A stretch of DNA of 64,000 nucleotides from an uncultured Gammaproteobacteria bacterium (GCA_964504365.1 CAZDDW010000001.1:132293-196292); one strand, 5' to 3'; counted from the stretch's first letter, positions 10,200-19,586 are shown. A program made the numbers and translations. The notes: generated by a model not told the origin, from the letters alone.

Positions 10200-10649
10200 A
10201 TGTCCGAAAGCATTCCCAGTCCGGATTCGGGAAAGTCGAAAAAGGGCATGTCCCCGCTTTGGCACCTGGTATACATTCTGTTGTTGATCGTCGGCTTTGT
10301 GGTTCTGATGAAAACCAGCTTTCAGTCAAGGGCCCGAGTCGTGGATCTACAGCAGCAGGTCGATGCCTACAAGGCGATGGTCAATACGACTACCGCCCGT
10401 GCCATGATTCTCGGATGCGATCCGTATCAGGCTCAGAACAAGGACCAGAACTGGTGCGGCGCCAAGCTGGCCAACGGTCGTGACAACAAGACCTTTCACA
10501 TCTACGATGAAGACGGGGTGACCCACTTCTTCCGGCTCTACCTGGTCGATCAGCCGATCACTGGTCAGCTGGAAGGAACGGAGGGTACCAAGATCATGCT
10601 CGGTCATGTCGAGATCCGGTACATCCAGTCTGACTACCCCGATTCCTAG
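10200..10649 (+). CDS. membrane-anchored hypothetical protein (NWCG-motif family, paralog 1); GC-rich
   Basis: start at ATG 10200 after AGGAGG; N-terminal TM; shares GCD...NWCG core with next gene. Confidence 0.5.
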   Translation: MSESIPSPDSGKSKKGMSPLWHLVYILLLIVGFVVLMKTSFQSRARVVDLQQQVDAYKAMVNTTTARAMILGCDPYQAQNKDQNWCGAKLANGRDNKTFHIYDEDGVTHFFRLYLVDQPITGQLEGTEGTKIMLGHVEIRYIQSDYPDS

Positions 10650-10672
10650 CCGGAACGCTCGGCTGGTCGTTG

Positions 10673-10704
10673 CTCTGGAACACGTGTTCCAGAGTTTTTT
10701 CTTT
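10673..10704 (+). terminator. intrinsic terminator
   Basis: ctctggaacacgtgttccagag hairpin plus T6. Confidence 0.6.
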
Positions 10705-10708
10705 TGGC

Positions 10709-10737
10709 TTGACGAAATGGTATCAGTGTCGTAAGTT
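10709..10737 (+). promoter_or_regulatory. promoter TTGACG-17-TAAGTT
   Basis: spacing and hexamers; GGAG RBS then ATG 10775. Confidence 0.45.
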
Positions 10738-10774
10738 GTCGTTAGTTGATACATGTCAACAGACTGGAGCAAAG

Positions 10775-11173
10775 ATGCGCAGGACATTGATTATCTGTCT
10801 GGGAATTGGTATGGTCGCAGTCATCTGTTTGACTTTGCTGGCAATGCGTTGTGTCCACCTGAACGGACAGGTCGCACAGCTGCAGGACAAGGTCGAAGTG
10901 CAGGATCTTTACCTGGAGCAGATCGTTCGCATCGTTGCTGTCGAAGGATGTGATTCGATCGATCGTTCTTACAAGCAGCACAACTGGTGCGGTGATCTGA
11001 TCGTCTGGAACGAAGGCGATGACACCCGCATCACCCTGACTCGACGGGCTGACAATCGCGGTTACTACATGAACTTGCACTGGAACAATTACCCGATCAT
11101 CAACGACGCCAACGGCAGTCAGCACATCACTGGCGAAGCACACGACTACTCGCTCAAGCACGTGGACGAGTGA
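10775..11173 (+). CDS. membrane-anchored hypothetical protein (NWCG-motif family, paralog 2); GC-rich
   Basis: ATG at 10775 preceded by GGAG; TM then coiled-coil then KQHNWCGD motif aligning with paralog 1. Confidence 0.5.
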   Translation: MRRTLIICLGIGMVAVICLTLLAMRCVHLNGQVAQLQDKVEVQDLYLEQIVRIVAVEGCDSIDRSYKQHNWCGDLIVWNEGDDTRITLTRRADNRGYYMNLHWNNYPIINDANGSQHITGEAHDYSLKHVDE

Positions 11174-11183
11174 CAAACTTCTA

Positions 11184-11212
11184 CTGGGGAACACGTCCCC
11201 AGCTTTTTTATT
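11184..11212 (+). terminator. intrinsic terminator
   Basis: ctggggaacacgtccccag hairpin plus T-run; loop sequence related to terminator at 10673. Confidence 0.6.
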
Positions 11213-11273
11213 CCACAGTGCACAAATAAGCATATTTATGGTATTATATTAGAGATATAATAAGGAGGAATAT

Positions 11274-12656
11274 ATGACGCCAACAGCTAAAAAATCGACG
11301 TCAAAAAAGAAGCCTGCTGCTAAACAGCCACCAAAGAGGAAAACTCCGGCTAAGAAAAAAGCACCAGCCAAAAAGGTTGCTCCGAAAAAGAAGCCTGCGC
11401 CAAAGAAAAAAACACAGGCTGCAAAGGATGCAGAGATTCTTGAGGTATTGGAGGAGATTTATGAAGAGCCGGAAGAGGAACCAAAGAACAAAAAAACCAA
11501 AAAACTAAAGAACAAGGCACCGGTTTCACCATCAATGAAGATGTATCGCAGGATTGCTATTGGGTTTATCGCTGTGACTTTGTTTTTGTTAGCCACGGTA
11601 ATTATTTTGTCGACCATTCGGGCCACGGTTACTGTTTATTCGTCGGTCACAACAATGAACACAGAATTTATTGCAGATGTGGTTGCTGAAACACAAATGG
11701 AAGGTGAGATTCCAGGGCGAGTGATTGATACAACGATTGATGAGACACGAGAGTTTGTTGTTGATGAAGAAGGGGCAAGCGCGGTTCCAGCCAAAGCCGG
11801 AGGCTTGGTAACCATTTATAATACTTCGAATCGATCTCAACCATTGGTCGCTACAACACGACTTATGACCCCGGACGGGATTTTGTTTCGTATCGATTCT
11901 GGTGTGACTGTACCAGCCCAAGGAACTGTAGAAACTATGGCTCATGCTGATGAAGAGGGTGCGGCTGGTGAGATTGAACCAACAACGTTTAGTATTCCAG
12001 GTTTGAACTCGACTAGGCAAAAGGAAGTTTACGCCGAGAGCTTTGAGCCAATGACTGGTGGGGTTGAGTATCACAAGATTGTTACAGAAGAAGATTTGCA
12101 AGCGGCACGTAATCAGTTAAGTATGGATTTGTTGGCCGTGGCTGAGGAAGATTTACGAGCCGAGGTTCCAGACACTTATACAGGTGAAACATTTTTTGAA
12201 GAGGTCATTGGTGAAGTGGTTAGTGTTAGCGCTGGAGATGAGGCTGATAGTTATAGTATTTCAATGAGTGTGCATGTGATCGGAGTATTTTATGACCAAG
12301 CTCCGTTGTTAACTATTGCTGAAGCTAAATTATACGAAGGTTTGGAAAAGGGTTATCAGTTGTTCATGGTTGATCGAGAGGGTATGGCGGTTGAGGTTGA
12401 ACGGTATGATTTGGAGCATGAGATTGCCAATGTGCGCGTCGTTCTTGAAGGGCTCACAATGGTTTCGCCAACTAACGCGTTGCTTGATAAAACAAATTTG
12501 GTTGGATTACCAGCACAAGATTTAAAGGACATGCTGATCGATGCTGGAATAGCGGTTGGGGTTGATGTTGAGTTTTTCCCATTCTGGATACGAAAAGTAC
12601 CTAAGCTGCGTGATCACGTTGAGATCAAGATTCAAACACCTGATCCAGCACTATAG
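11274..12656 (+). CDS. membrane protein with histone-H1-like Lys/Ala/Pro-rich N-terminal tail and large extracytoplasmic domain
   Basis: KKPAAKQPPKRK... repeats, single TM at about aa 95-115; AAGGAGG RBS; TATTAT -10 upstream. Confidence 0.55.
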   Translation: MTPTAKKSTSKKKPAAKQPPKRKTPAKKKAPAKKVAPKKKPAPKKKTQAAKDAEILEVLEEIYEEPEEEPKNKKTKKLKNKAPVSPSMKMYRRIAIGFIAVTLFLLATVIILSTIRATVTVYSSVTTMNTEFIADVVAETQMEGEIPGRVIDTTIDETREFVVDEEGASAVPAKAGGLVTIYNTSNRSQPLVATTRLMTPDGILFRIDSGVTVPAQGTVETMAHADEEGAAGEIEPTTFSIPGLNSTRQKEVYAESFEPMTGGVEYHKIVTEEDLQAARNQLSMDLLAVAEEDLRAEVPDTYTGETFFEEVIGEVVSVSAGDEADSYSISMSVHVIGVFYDQAPLLTIAEAKLYEGLEKGYQLFMVDREGMAVEVERYDLEHEIANVRVVLEGLTMVSPTNALLDKTNLVGLPAQDLKDMLIDAGIAVGVDVEFFPFWIRKVPKLRDHVEIKIQTPDPAL

Positions 12657-12677
12657 GGGACATAAATTTTATGCAGG

Positions 12678-12705
12678 GGCGGACTCACATGTCCGCCTTT
12701 TTGAT
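12678..12705 (+). terminator. intrinsic terminator
   Basis: ggcggactcacatgtccgcc hairpin plus TTTTT. Confidence 0.6.
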
Positions 12706-12720
12706 TTGACCGGCCTGTGC

Positions 12721-13136
12721 TTGACATGGGTCTGATACGTGATATCATATTTGTACCTGCAGTGACAGGGAACACGTCTGTTTGAGACGAACTTATAGAG
12801 ACTTTGAACCATGGCTGAGAGTTCAGAGAGTGACGTCAAACAAGATACCACCCCTGGGGGCACTGCTACACAATACCGTATTTGGTCTAAATCCCAGAAA
12901 TTCGGTCTATTCCTTCAAAAATTTTTTCGTCAATGCTACGGCATTGCCTTAAAAATTGTTTGAATGAATATCCTCGAATTTCAGGTGTTTATCCTCAAAA
13001 GAGTATTGTGGAGCAGCGCCAAGAGCAGCGTTTGGTCGAGCGTGATCGGCTGTAAGTAAGAGGTTCGCTTTGGAGACAACTAGGCGAACAATTCGGGTGG
13101 AACCGTCGAGCTTAGCTCGATCCCGAAACTTCACCA
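12721..13136 (+). promoter_or_regulatory. thrS leader with TTGACA promoter and T-box-like riboswitch (candidate Thr ACC specifier)
   Basis: AATTCGGGTGGAACCGTCG at about 13078-13096 matches the T-box consensus AAUUAGGGUGGNACCGCG; AGAGAG/UGA motifs and an ACC-A candidate specifier upstream; 480-nt untranslated gap before thrS. Confidence 0.5.
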
Positions 13137-14945
13137 ATGAGTGAAGTTTTTTGTTTAATAACAGAACCTATGTCTAAAGATGAGAATAATAAATTAGAAG
13201 CCATGCGTCATTCCTGTGAGCATGTGCTAACTATGGCCATGTTGCGTTTGTGGCCGGGAAAAGTAAAGGCAGCCATGGGACCGGCCACAGAGGAAGGTTT
13301 TTATTTTGATTTTGACTCAGATGAAAAAATTTCTGAGGATGATTTTGAAACAATTGAAAAAGAAATGGCCAAAATAATAAAAGAGGATTTGCCAATTATT
13401 AAAGATGAGATGACTGTGCAAGAGGCTCGAGATTTTTTTAATAGCAATACTTATAAAGGAAATGAATATAAACACGAGTGGATTGATGATATCGAGGCTC
13501 GTGGTGACAAGGTTGCGGTTTATTGGATGGGAGAAAAGGGTAAGGACATCCCCGAGACTTTTGTGGACATTTGTTCTGGTCCACACGTGGATTCAACCGG
13601 GCAGATCGGACCATTCAAGTTATTAAACATTGCGGGGGCCTATTGGCATGGTGATGAAAAAAACAAAATGTTAACCCGTATTTATGGTACAACTTTTGAG
13701 ACCCAACAGGAACTAGATGAATATTTGAAGATGTTAGAGGAGGCCAGGAAACGCGATCACCGTAAGATCGGTAAGGAATTGGACCTGTTTTGTTTTTCTG
13801 ATTTAGTTGGTCCAGGTTTACCCCTGTTTACCCCAAAAGGAACCGCAGTTCGTAATGCTATTGCTGATTTATTGAATCGCCTAAAAGAAGAAAAGGGATA
13901 TGAACAGGTTGATATTCCACATTTGGCTAAATGTGATTTGTATAAAACATCAGGGCATTGGGACAAGTTTAAAGATGATATCTTTCATGTAAAAGGTAAG
14001 TCTGAAGAGTTTGTCTTGAAACCAATGAACTGTCCACATCATACTCAGATCTATGCTTGCCAGCCGCGTAGCTATCGAGATTTGCCATTAAGATACGCTG
14101 AGATCACTAAGCAGTATCGTGATGAGCAAACCGGAGAACTGCACGGTCTTTCACGTGTCCGCTCGATCAGTATTGATGATACTCATGTCTTTTGTCGCCC
14201 AGATCAAATACTTGAAGAAGCCAAAGGTGCTTACGATATTATTTTTTCGTTTTACAAGGTATTTGGCATGGAATTGGAAGTCCACTTGTCAGTTCGTGAC
14301 TCAAAAGATCATTCAAAGTATCTTGGAACTGATGAGATTTGGGACAAAGCTGAAGAGAATTTAAAACAGTTATTAAAGCAAGAAAAATGTGAGTATGAAT
14401 TGGATGAGGGGGAAGCGGCTTTTTACGGTCCAAAACTTGATTTCGTTGGACGAGATTCGATTGGACGAACTTGGCAGCTAGCAACGATTCAGTTAGATTT
14501 CAACATGCCAGATCGTTTTGGTCTTGAGTATGCTGATGCAGAAGGTGGTCAGGCCCAGCCTGTAATGTTGCATATAGCGATTGCTGGATCATTGGAACGG
14601 TTTTTGTCAGTTATCCTGGAACATTTTGCAGGGGTGCTCCCGCTGTGGTTGGCGCCAGTGCAGTTGCGATTAATCAGCGTCGGAGAGGGTCATGTTGGGT
14701 TTGCTAATGAGTTGGCTGGCGAGCTGAAAGTAGCTGGTGTTCGAGCCGAGGTTGATTCAAGTGACGAAACAGTGGGGAATAAGATTCGCAAGAGTGCTAA
14801 GGACAAGATACCGTGGACAATCGTTCTTGGTGATAAAGAAGTCTCTGGTGAACCGTTTAAGATACGGGTGTTTGGACAAGAAGATGAATTAGTTCTGAAA
14901 CGGGATGAGCTGGCAGATAAGATAAAAGAACAAGAGGTGGTTTGA
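13137..14945 (+). CDS. thrS: threonine--tRNA ligase
   Basis: 602 aa; class II core and anticodon-binding domain; HxxxH editing-domain remnants. Confidence 0.9.
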   Translation: MSEVFCLITEPMSKDENNKLEAMRHSCEHVLTMAMLRLWPGKVKAAMGPATEEGFYFDFDSDEKISEDDFETIEKEMAKIIKEDLPIIKDEMTVQEARDFFNSNTYKGNEYKHEWIDDIEARGDKVAVYWMGEKGKDIPETFVDICSGPHVDSTGQIGPFKLLNIAGAYWHGDEKNKMLTRIYGTTFETQQELDEYLKMLEEARKRDHRKIGKELDLFCFSDLVGPGLPLFTPKGTAVRNAIADLLNRLKEEKGYEQVDIPHLAKCDLYKTSGHWDKFKDDIFHVKGKSEEFVLKPMNCPHHTQIYACQPRSYRDLPLRYAEITKQYRDEQTGELHGLSRVRSISIDDTHVFCRPDQILEEAKGAYDIIFSFYKVFGMELEVHLSVRDSKDHSKYLGTDEIWDKAEENLKQLLKQEKCEYELDEGEAAFYGPKLDFVGRDSIGRTWQLATIQLDFNMPDRFGLEYADAEGGQAQPVMLHIAIAGSLERFLSVILEHFAGVLPLWLAPVQLRLISVGEGHVGFANELAGELKVAGVRAEVDSSDETVGNKIRKSAKDKIPWTIVLGDKEVSGEPFKIRVFGQEDELVLKRDELADKIKEQEVV

Positions 14946-16291
14946 TTATGACCAAAGGAAAGTTTCACATTATCACTTTTGGCTGCCAGATGAATAAGAA
15001 CGATTCTGAGCGAATTGCTGGGTTGCTTGAGCAAGTTGGTATGGTCTCGACTGATCAGGTTGAGGAGGCTGATTTGGTGCTCCTGAACAGCTGTAGTGTG
15101 CGCCAGACAGCTGAAGATCGGATTTTTGGTAGAGTTAAGCAGTTGGCCAAGTTGCGTCGCAAGCGACCAAATTTGATTATTGGTGTGACTGGCTGCATGG
15201 CTGGGCGAGACAAGGACGGTTCACTAAAACGCAAGTTGCCTGACGTTGATTTATTTTTTCCAACCATCGAGGCGACACAGTTGCCACGTTGGGTTGCTGA
15301 GTTGAATCCAGACCTTATTCATGATCCAGAGTGTGACAATGAGTTTTTTGATATCCAGCCGATTCACAACTCTGACTTTCAGGCTTTTGTTCCGATTCAG
15401 ACTGGGTGCAACAATTTTTGTTCTTACTGTGTTGTGCCGTATGCGCGTGGGCTGCAGAAGAATCGTCCAGCAAAGCAGATCTTAGATGAGGTACGCAAGT
15501 TGGCTGAGAAGGGGTGTGTAGAAATTAGTTTGCTTGGGCAGGCAGTGAATACGTTTGAAGCTTCAGATTCGGAAGTGTTTAGCAAAGACAATCCGTATAA
15601 AGATCACTTTGCAGCTTTGCTTTGGGAAATCAACCAGATCGATGGGGTAGAGCGAATTTTTTATACTGCACCGTATCCAAAGGATATGACTGATGATGTT
15701 ATTGATGCGCTAGCTCTTCCGAAAATGTTTAACTACCTTCATATCCCAGTTCAGTCAGGTGACAATGAGGTGTTGCGTCGGATGAATCGCAAGTACGATC
15801 GTGAAGAGTATTTAGAAATTATCGATCGGATCAAGAAGCGGGTTCCTGAGATTGCTTTGGGAACAGACATTATCGTTGGTTTTTGCGGTGAGACTGAAGA
15901 GGAGTTTCAGAATACAGTGGATTTGTATCGCCAAGTGGAGTTTGATATTTCATACACGGCCATGTATTCAACCAGATCTGGGACTGTGGCTGCGAAGAAG
16001 TTTAAGGACAATGTCTCACGGGAAGAAAAAAAGCGCCGTTGGCGCATTTTGCATGAGCTGATGGAAGAGATTGTTTTGAAGAAGAATCAGAAGTTTGTTG
16101 GGCAAAAGGTTTCAGTCTTAGTTGAAAAATGTGAGCATGGTGTTTGTACAGGGAATTCACGAGAAATGAAAGTAGTTCAGTTTAAGGGTGATTCGAAGTT
16201 TGTTGGGCAGATTGTAGAAGTCGAAATTGAGCGAGCACAGGAATGGGTGCTGTTTGGTAAAGAAAATCCCTCGCCGCTCCTGCGGAGCTAA
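14942..16291 (+). CDS. miaB: tRNA-i6A37 methylthiotransferase
   Basis: MTTase N-domain Cys triad, radical-SAM CxxxCxxC (CSYCVVPY), TRAM domain. Confidence 0.85.
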   Translation: MIMTKGKFHIITFGCQMNKNDSERIAGLLEQVGMVSTDQVEEADLVLLNSCSVRQTAEDRIFGRVKQLAKLRRKRPNLIIGVTGCMAGRDKDGSLKRKLPDVDLFFPTIEATQLPRWVAELNPDLIHDPECDNEFFDIQPIHNSDFQAFVPIQTGCNNFCSYCVVPYARGLQKNRPAKQILDEVRKLAEKGCVEISLLGQAVNTFEASDSEVFSKDNPYKDHFAALLWEINQIDGVERIFYTAPYPKDMTDDVIDALALPKMFNYLHIPVQSGDNEVLRRMNRKYDREEYLEIIDRIKKRVPEIALGTDIIVGFCGETEEEFQNTVDLYRQVEFDISYTAMYSTRSGTVAAKKFKDNVSREEKKRRWRILHELMEEIVLKKNQKFVGQKVSVLVEKCEHGVCTGNSREMKVVQFKGDSKFVGQIVEVEIERAQEWVLFGKENPSPLLRS

Positions 16292-16310
16292 GAGGGACAG
16301 GTCCGACCGG

Positions 16311-17078
16311 TTAGTCCGGTCGGTGGAGCTCGGAGCGCATCATCCGGAAGCCAGTGTGAGTGGCTGTGTCTAGTCGGTAGGAGCGAGTGACATGAAGTCG
16401 CTCGCTAACGCTGGAAACGGGCCGTCTTGAGCCTTGACGACGACGGGAATGGTCGCTGTGTGCGTTGCGCATATGGTCCTCGACCACACGAGCACGCCAG
16501 GCCGTGGCCACACGCATGCAGGTTTCCATGTCGATATCGTCTTCGCGGTACATCAGTTCTGCCAACGGACCACCGTTGTGCAGATTGGTGATCAGCCACT
16601 CGAAGCAGGCTGGGTCGTGCAGATAGCGGCGATTGCGTTCTTCGAGAATGATCCCGATTGCTTCAGCAATCTCTGGGTGTATCTGCTTGCGACGGAAGGT
16701 GCCTTCCTTGAAGCGATAGCTCAGGCGATCCATCTTGATACGGATTGCCCGCATCACTCGCTTGTGGTGAGTATCCTGAACTCGCTGTCGAAGACCAAGC
16801 ATGGTAGCTTCGACTTGCGAGTCACGCGGCGTGTGGATGTTCAGCCAGTCGCTGTGGCGGTATTTCCGCCGCAGATCACCGGAGCGCCCTCGTTTTGACA
16901 CCCACAGGGTGCGTACGGTTCGCTCTTCTGTCAGCGGTAGTTTGCCCAGCGTCTGAGCCAGGGCAGCTGGATCTGCTTCTCGGACAAAGTCCAGGGAAAG
17001 AACTGGGAAGGTTTGTTCCGCGACCCGCACCTCGTGGCGCGGACCGAGATCGGCCAGTGCCTCGATTGCGGGACTCAT
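16311..17078 (-). CDS. hypothetical basic protein; GC-rich insert
   Basis: ORF track 16311-17228; probable start ATG 17078 after AAGGAGG; Arg-rich; overlapped by many spurious opposite-frame ORFs typical of high GC. Confidence 0.4.
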   Translation of the reverse strand: MSPAIEALADLGPRHEVRVAEQTFPVLSLDFVREADPAALAQTLGKLPLTEERTVRTLWVSKRGRSGDLRRKYRHSDWLNIHTPRDSQVEATMLGLRQRVQDTHHKRVMRAIRIKMDRLSYRFKEGTFRRKQIHPEIAEAIGIILEERNRRYLHDPACFEWLITNLHNGGPLAELMYREDDIDMETCMRVATAWRARVVEDHMRNAHSDHSRRRQGSRRPVSSVSERLHVTRSYRLDTATHTGFRMMRSELHRPD

Positions 17079-17153
17079 CACTACCTCCTTGATTTGCATC
17101 TTATCGGTTCCACGCCAGCAAGGGAAGTGGATAACTAGGAATTTTTTAAAACT

Positions 17154-18122
17154 ATGAAACCAAAAGTAATTGTCATTCTTGGTCCGACTGCGTCGGGCAA
17201 GACTTCCTTGAGTATCAAACTTGCTCAAGAGTTTTCTGGTGAAGTGATCAGTGTTGATTCACGACAGATTTATCGGGACATGAACATCGGAACCGCAAAG
17301 GAGCCCCAAGACCAGACAACCAGACAACCAGACAACCAGACAGCTGGCGAGTATCTGATCCAAGGCATCCCACATCACGGAATCGATATCCGGAATCCAA
17401 ATGAAGAGATGTCTGCAGCTGAGTTCAAGGAGTATGCAGAACAGAAAATCAAGGAAATTGTGGATCGTGGGAAAGTGCCAATTTTGGCTGGTGGTACAGG
17501 ATTTTGGATCCAGGCAATCATAGATAACCTTAAAATTCCGGCTGTTGCTCCTGATCCGACCCTGCGTCAAGTGCTTGATGGCAAGAGTACAGAGCAGTTA
17601 TTTGAGATGTATAAAGAAAAAGACCCTCAAGGAGCCAAGACGATTGATAAGGACAATCGGTTGCGCTTGATACGAGCCGTAGAGGTTTGTATCAAGTCTG
17701 GTCAGCCATTTTCTGAACAGCAGCAAAAAGGTGAACCAAAGTATGATGTATTGCAGATTGGGATTGATGTAGATCGCAAAGAGTTGTACAACAGAATTGA
17801 TCAACGCGTAGGTCAGATGATCGAGCAGGGTCTTGTTGAAGAGGTAAAACAGATTCGAGAAAAGTATGGTTGTGTCTCACTAGCTCTGACCGGAATCGGC
17901 TACCGTCAGATTTGCGAGTATCTGGACCAGGTTCAGGAACCCTCCTTCGCCAAGGCTTCGGAGGGTGACCTTCTCGCGCAAGCCGTGGAGAAGGTCAAAA
18001 AAGACACACGACATTATGCCAAGCGTCAGTTGAGTTGGTTTCGCCGTGATAAACGGATCAAGTGGGTCAAGGGGTATGAGGAAGCAGAGGATTTGGTTAG
18101 GCGATTCTTGAATGACCAATGA
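17154..18122 (+). CDS. miaA: tRNA dimethylallyltransferase
   Basis: GPTASGKT P-loop; contains in-frame (ACCAGACA)x4 repeat expansion at 17318-17345 encoding QTTRQPDNQT; last codons and stop lie in a palindromic repeat element. Confidence 0.85.
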   Translation: MKPKVIVILGPTASGKTSLSIKLAQEFSGEVISVDSRQIYRDMNIGTAKEPQDQTTRQPDNQTAGEYLIQGIPHHGIDIRNPNEEMSAAEFKEYAEQKIKEIVDRGKVPILAGGTGFWIQAIIDNLKIPAVAPDPTLRQVLDGKSTEQLFEMYKEKDPQGAKTIDKDNRLRLIRAVEVCIKSGQPFSEQQQKGEPKYDVLQIGIDVDRKELYNRIDQRVGQMIEQGLVEEVKQIREKYGCVSLALTGIGYRQICEYLDQVQEPSFAKASEGDLLAQAVEKVKKDTRHYAKRQLSWFRRDKRIKWVKGYEEAEDLVRRFLNDQ

Positions 18123-18235
18123 TCAATAACCAATGAACAAGATAATAATCAATAACCGAATAACCTAATTCGATTATTAGATTATTCTATCATTATTTCG
18201 ATCATTGGAATTTGGTTATTGGTTATTTTTGTATT
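18115..18235. repeat. palindromic AATAACC-unit intergenic element (MITE/REP-like), homolog of 58448-58560
   Basis: left arm (g)atcaataaccaatgaacaagataat..., right arm ...gatcattggaatttggttattggttatt; shares caagataat, gatcattgg and aataacc blocks with the eno-gpmI element. Confidence 0.6.
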
Positions 18236-18264
18236 GAAAAAGCCCCGGACCAGATGGTCCGGGG
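18233..18264 (-). terminator. intrinsic terminator (minus strand)
   Basis: ccccggaccagatggtccgggg hairpin with T-run on the minus strand. Confidence 0.55.
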
Positions 18265-18284
18265 ACTTGCGTTCTAGGGAAAGG

Positions 18285-18932
18285 TCAGATATCCAGGGCC
18301 CTGAGGTTGGTCTCGATCAGACGTCGGATATCGTGGTAAGTTTCCAGATCGTACTCAACCTGGAGGGCTGGGAAGAACATATCCGGACGCAGATGGTGCA
18401 GCAGCTGCTTGACGATCTGGTCCGGGGGTAGGGTCTTGTTGACCTTTTGACACCCCTCGAGTCCGAGACCAGAGTGGCCGCGGCCGAGCAGGATGTGGAA
18501 GCTGTCCAGGGCAGTGCCACTGACGTTGTTGGCCACGAAAACACGCGGCAGCTGGTGTCGCTTGCTGGGCAGATCAGCCCCATGCAGATCACAGCCAAGG
18601 ATGTGGACTGTATCGACCCTTCCATGGTAGCAGAAGCCTCTGGCCTGACTGATCCGAACATCCCCCATCAAGCAGCCAATGAACTCGGCCTCCTCGATGT
18701 CGCTCTGGCTCAGATCCATGCCCCGGAGGTCACAGGCAAAGAAGCTGCCGCTCAGCTTGACACCACGCAGATCGAATCCACGTAGATCCTGCCCACCGAA
18801 ATATTGGACCGCTGCCAACCGAGGATGGCCGCATTCCTGGCAGACCGGATCTTCGGTCCCGTCCACGAAGAGCTGCAGACGTCGGCAGCGCTCGTTCTGA
18901 CAAACCACGAACCAACTATTATACTCGCTCAA
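18285..18932 (-). CDS. pentapeptide-repeat protein with N-terminal CxxC...CxxC zinc ribbon; GC-rich insert
   Basis: DLRGFDLRGVKLSG...DLRGMDLSQSDI pentapeptide repeats. Confidence 0.5.
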   Translation of the reverse strand: MSEYNSWFVVCQNERCRRLQLFVDGTEDPVCQECGHPRLAAVQYFGGQDLRGFDLRGVKLSGSFFACDLRGMDLSQSDIEEAEFIGCLMGDVRISQARGFCYHGRVDTVHILGCDLHGADLPSKRHQLPRVFVANNVSGTALDSFHILLGRGHSGLGLEGCQKVNKTLPPDQIVKQLLHHLRPDMFFPALQVEYDLETYHDIRRLIETNLRALDI

Positions 18933-19073
18933 AACACCGCTCCTCTCAAAAGAGGTAAAGAACTAAGAGCAGGGGAATTCCTGCTCACCCTTGAAAACAA
19001 GAGCTTAATATAGCATAAAAATAAGGATCCGTCAACCCCTAAAGTGAGTTATTTGACTAAAAAAGCACCATTT

Positions 19074-19586
19074 TCAGGTGCTTTCGTGTGTTGAGCTTGG
19101 GAGGTGCTCGCGAAGGCGTTCGACCAGCTCGCGACAGTGATTGACAGCTGTTTCTAGCTGAGTGCTGTATGGCTGGGTTTCACGTTGACGCTCGAACTGT
19201 AGTAGGCAACATTCGAAGCTGTATAGGTACATGGCCACAGCTTCATCGTGCGAGATTGGCTCTTCCACCCGGCGTGGTTTGAGACGGGCCAAGCGCAGCG
19301 GGATTCGGACCAGTAGGCGATGGGATCGATATCGCCGCATGCGACGCTTGCTCGTCCGATGGTCTTGTAAGCTTGATTGGTGGATGTCTTGCACCGCACG
19401 CAAAACAATGGTTTCCAGTTGTTCGACTGGGAAGCGCCACTGCCCAGCAATCCGGTGTGGATTGAGCAGATCAGCTACTTCCTGTCTGGGTGTCAGAGTC
19501 GGCGGCGATGAGCTACCGAGCTCGGAATGCCCACCAGCCAGGCGCCCAGCCAATCCTCCGAGTGCAGATGTTGCGCGGAAAATCAT
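19074..19586 (-). CDS. hypothetical protein; GC-rich insert
   Basis: ORF with minus-strand terminator 19056-19083 downstream. Confidence 0.35.
   Translation of the reverse strand: MIFRATSALGGLAGRLAGGHSELGSSSPPTLTPRQEVADLLNPHRIAGQWRFPVEQLETIVLRAVQDIHQSSLQDHRTSKRRMRRYRSHRLLVRIPLRLARLKPRRVEEPISHDEAVAMYLYSFECCLLQFERQRETQPYSTQLETAVNHCRELVERLREHLPSSTHEST

Noticed and set aside
16434-17092. Plus-strand ORFs (154 aa, 65 aa) and minus-strand 64-aa ORF within 16311-17228
   Set aside because: Antisense or overlapping frames inside a GC-rich gene. The minus-strand 255-aa frame has the RBS and the only plausible start.
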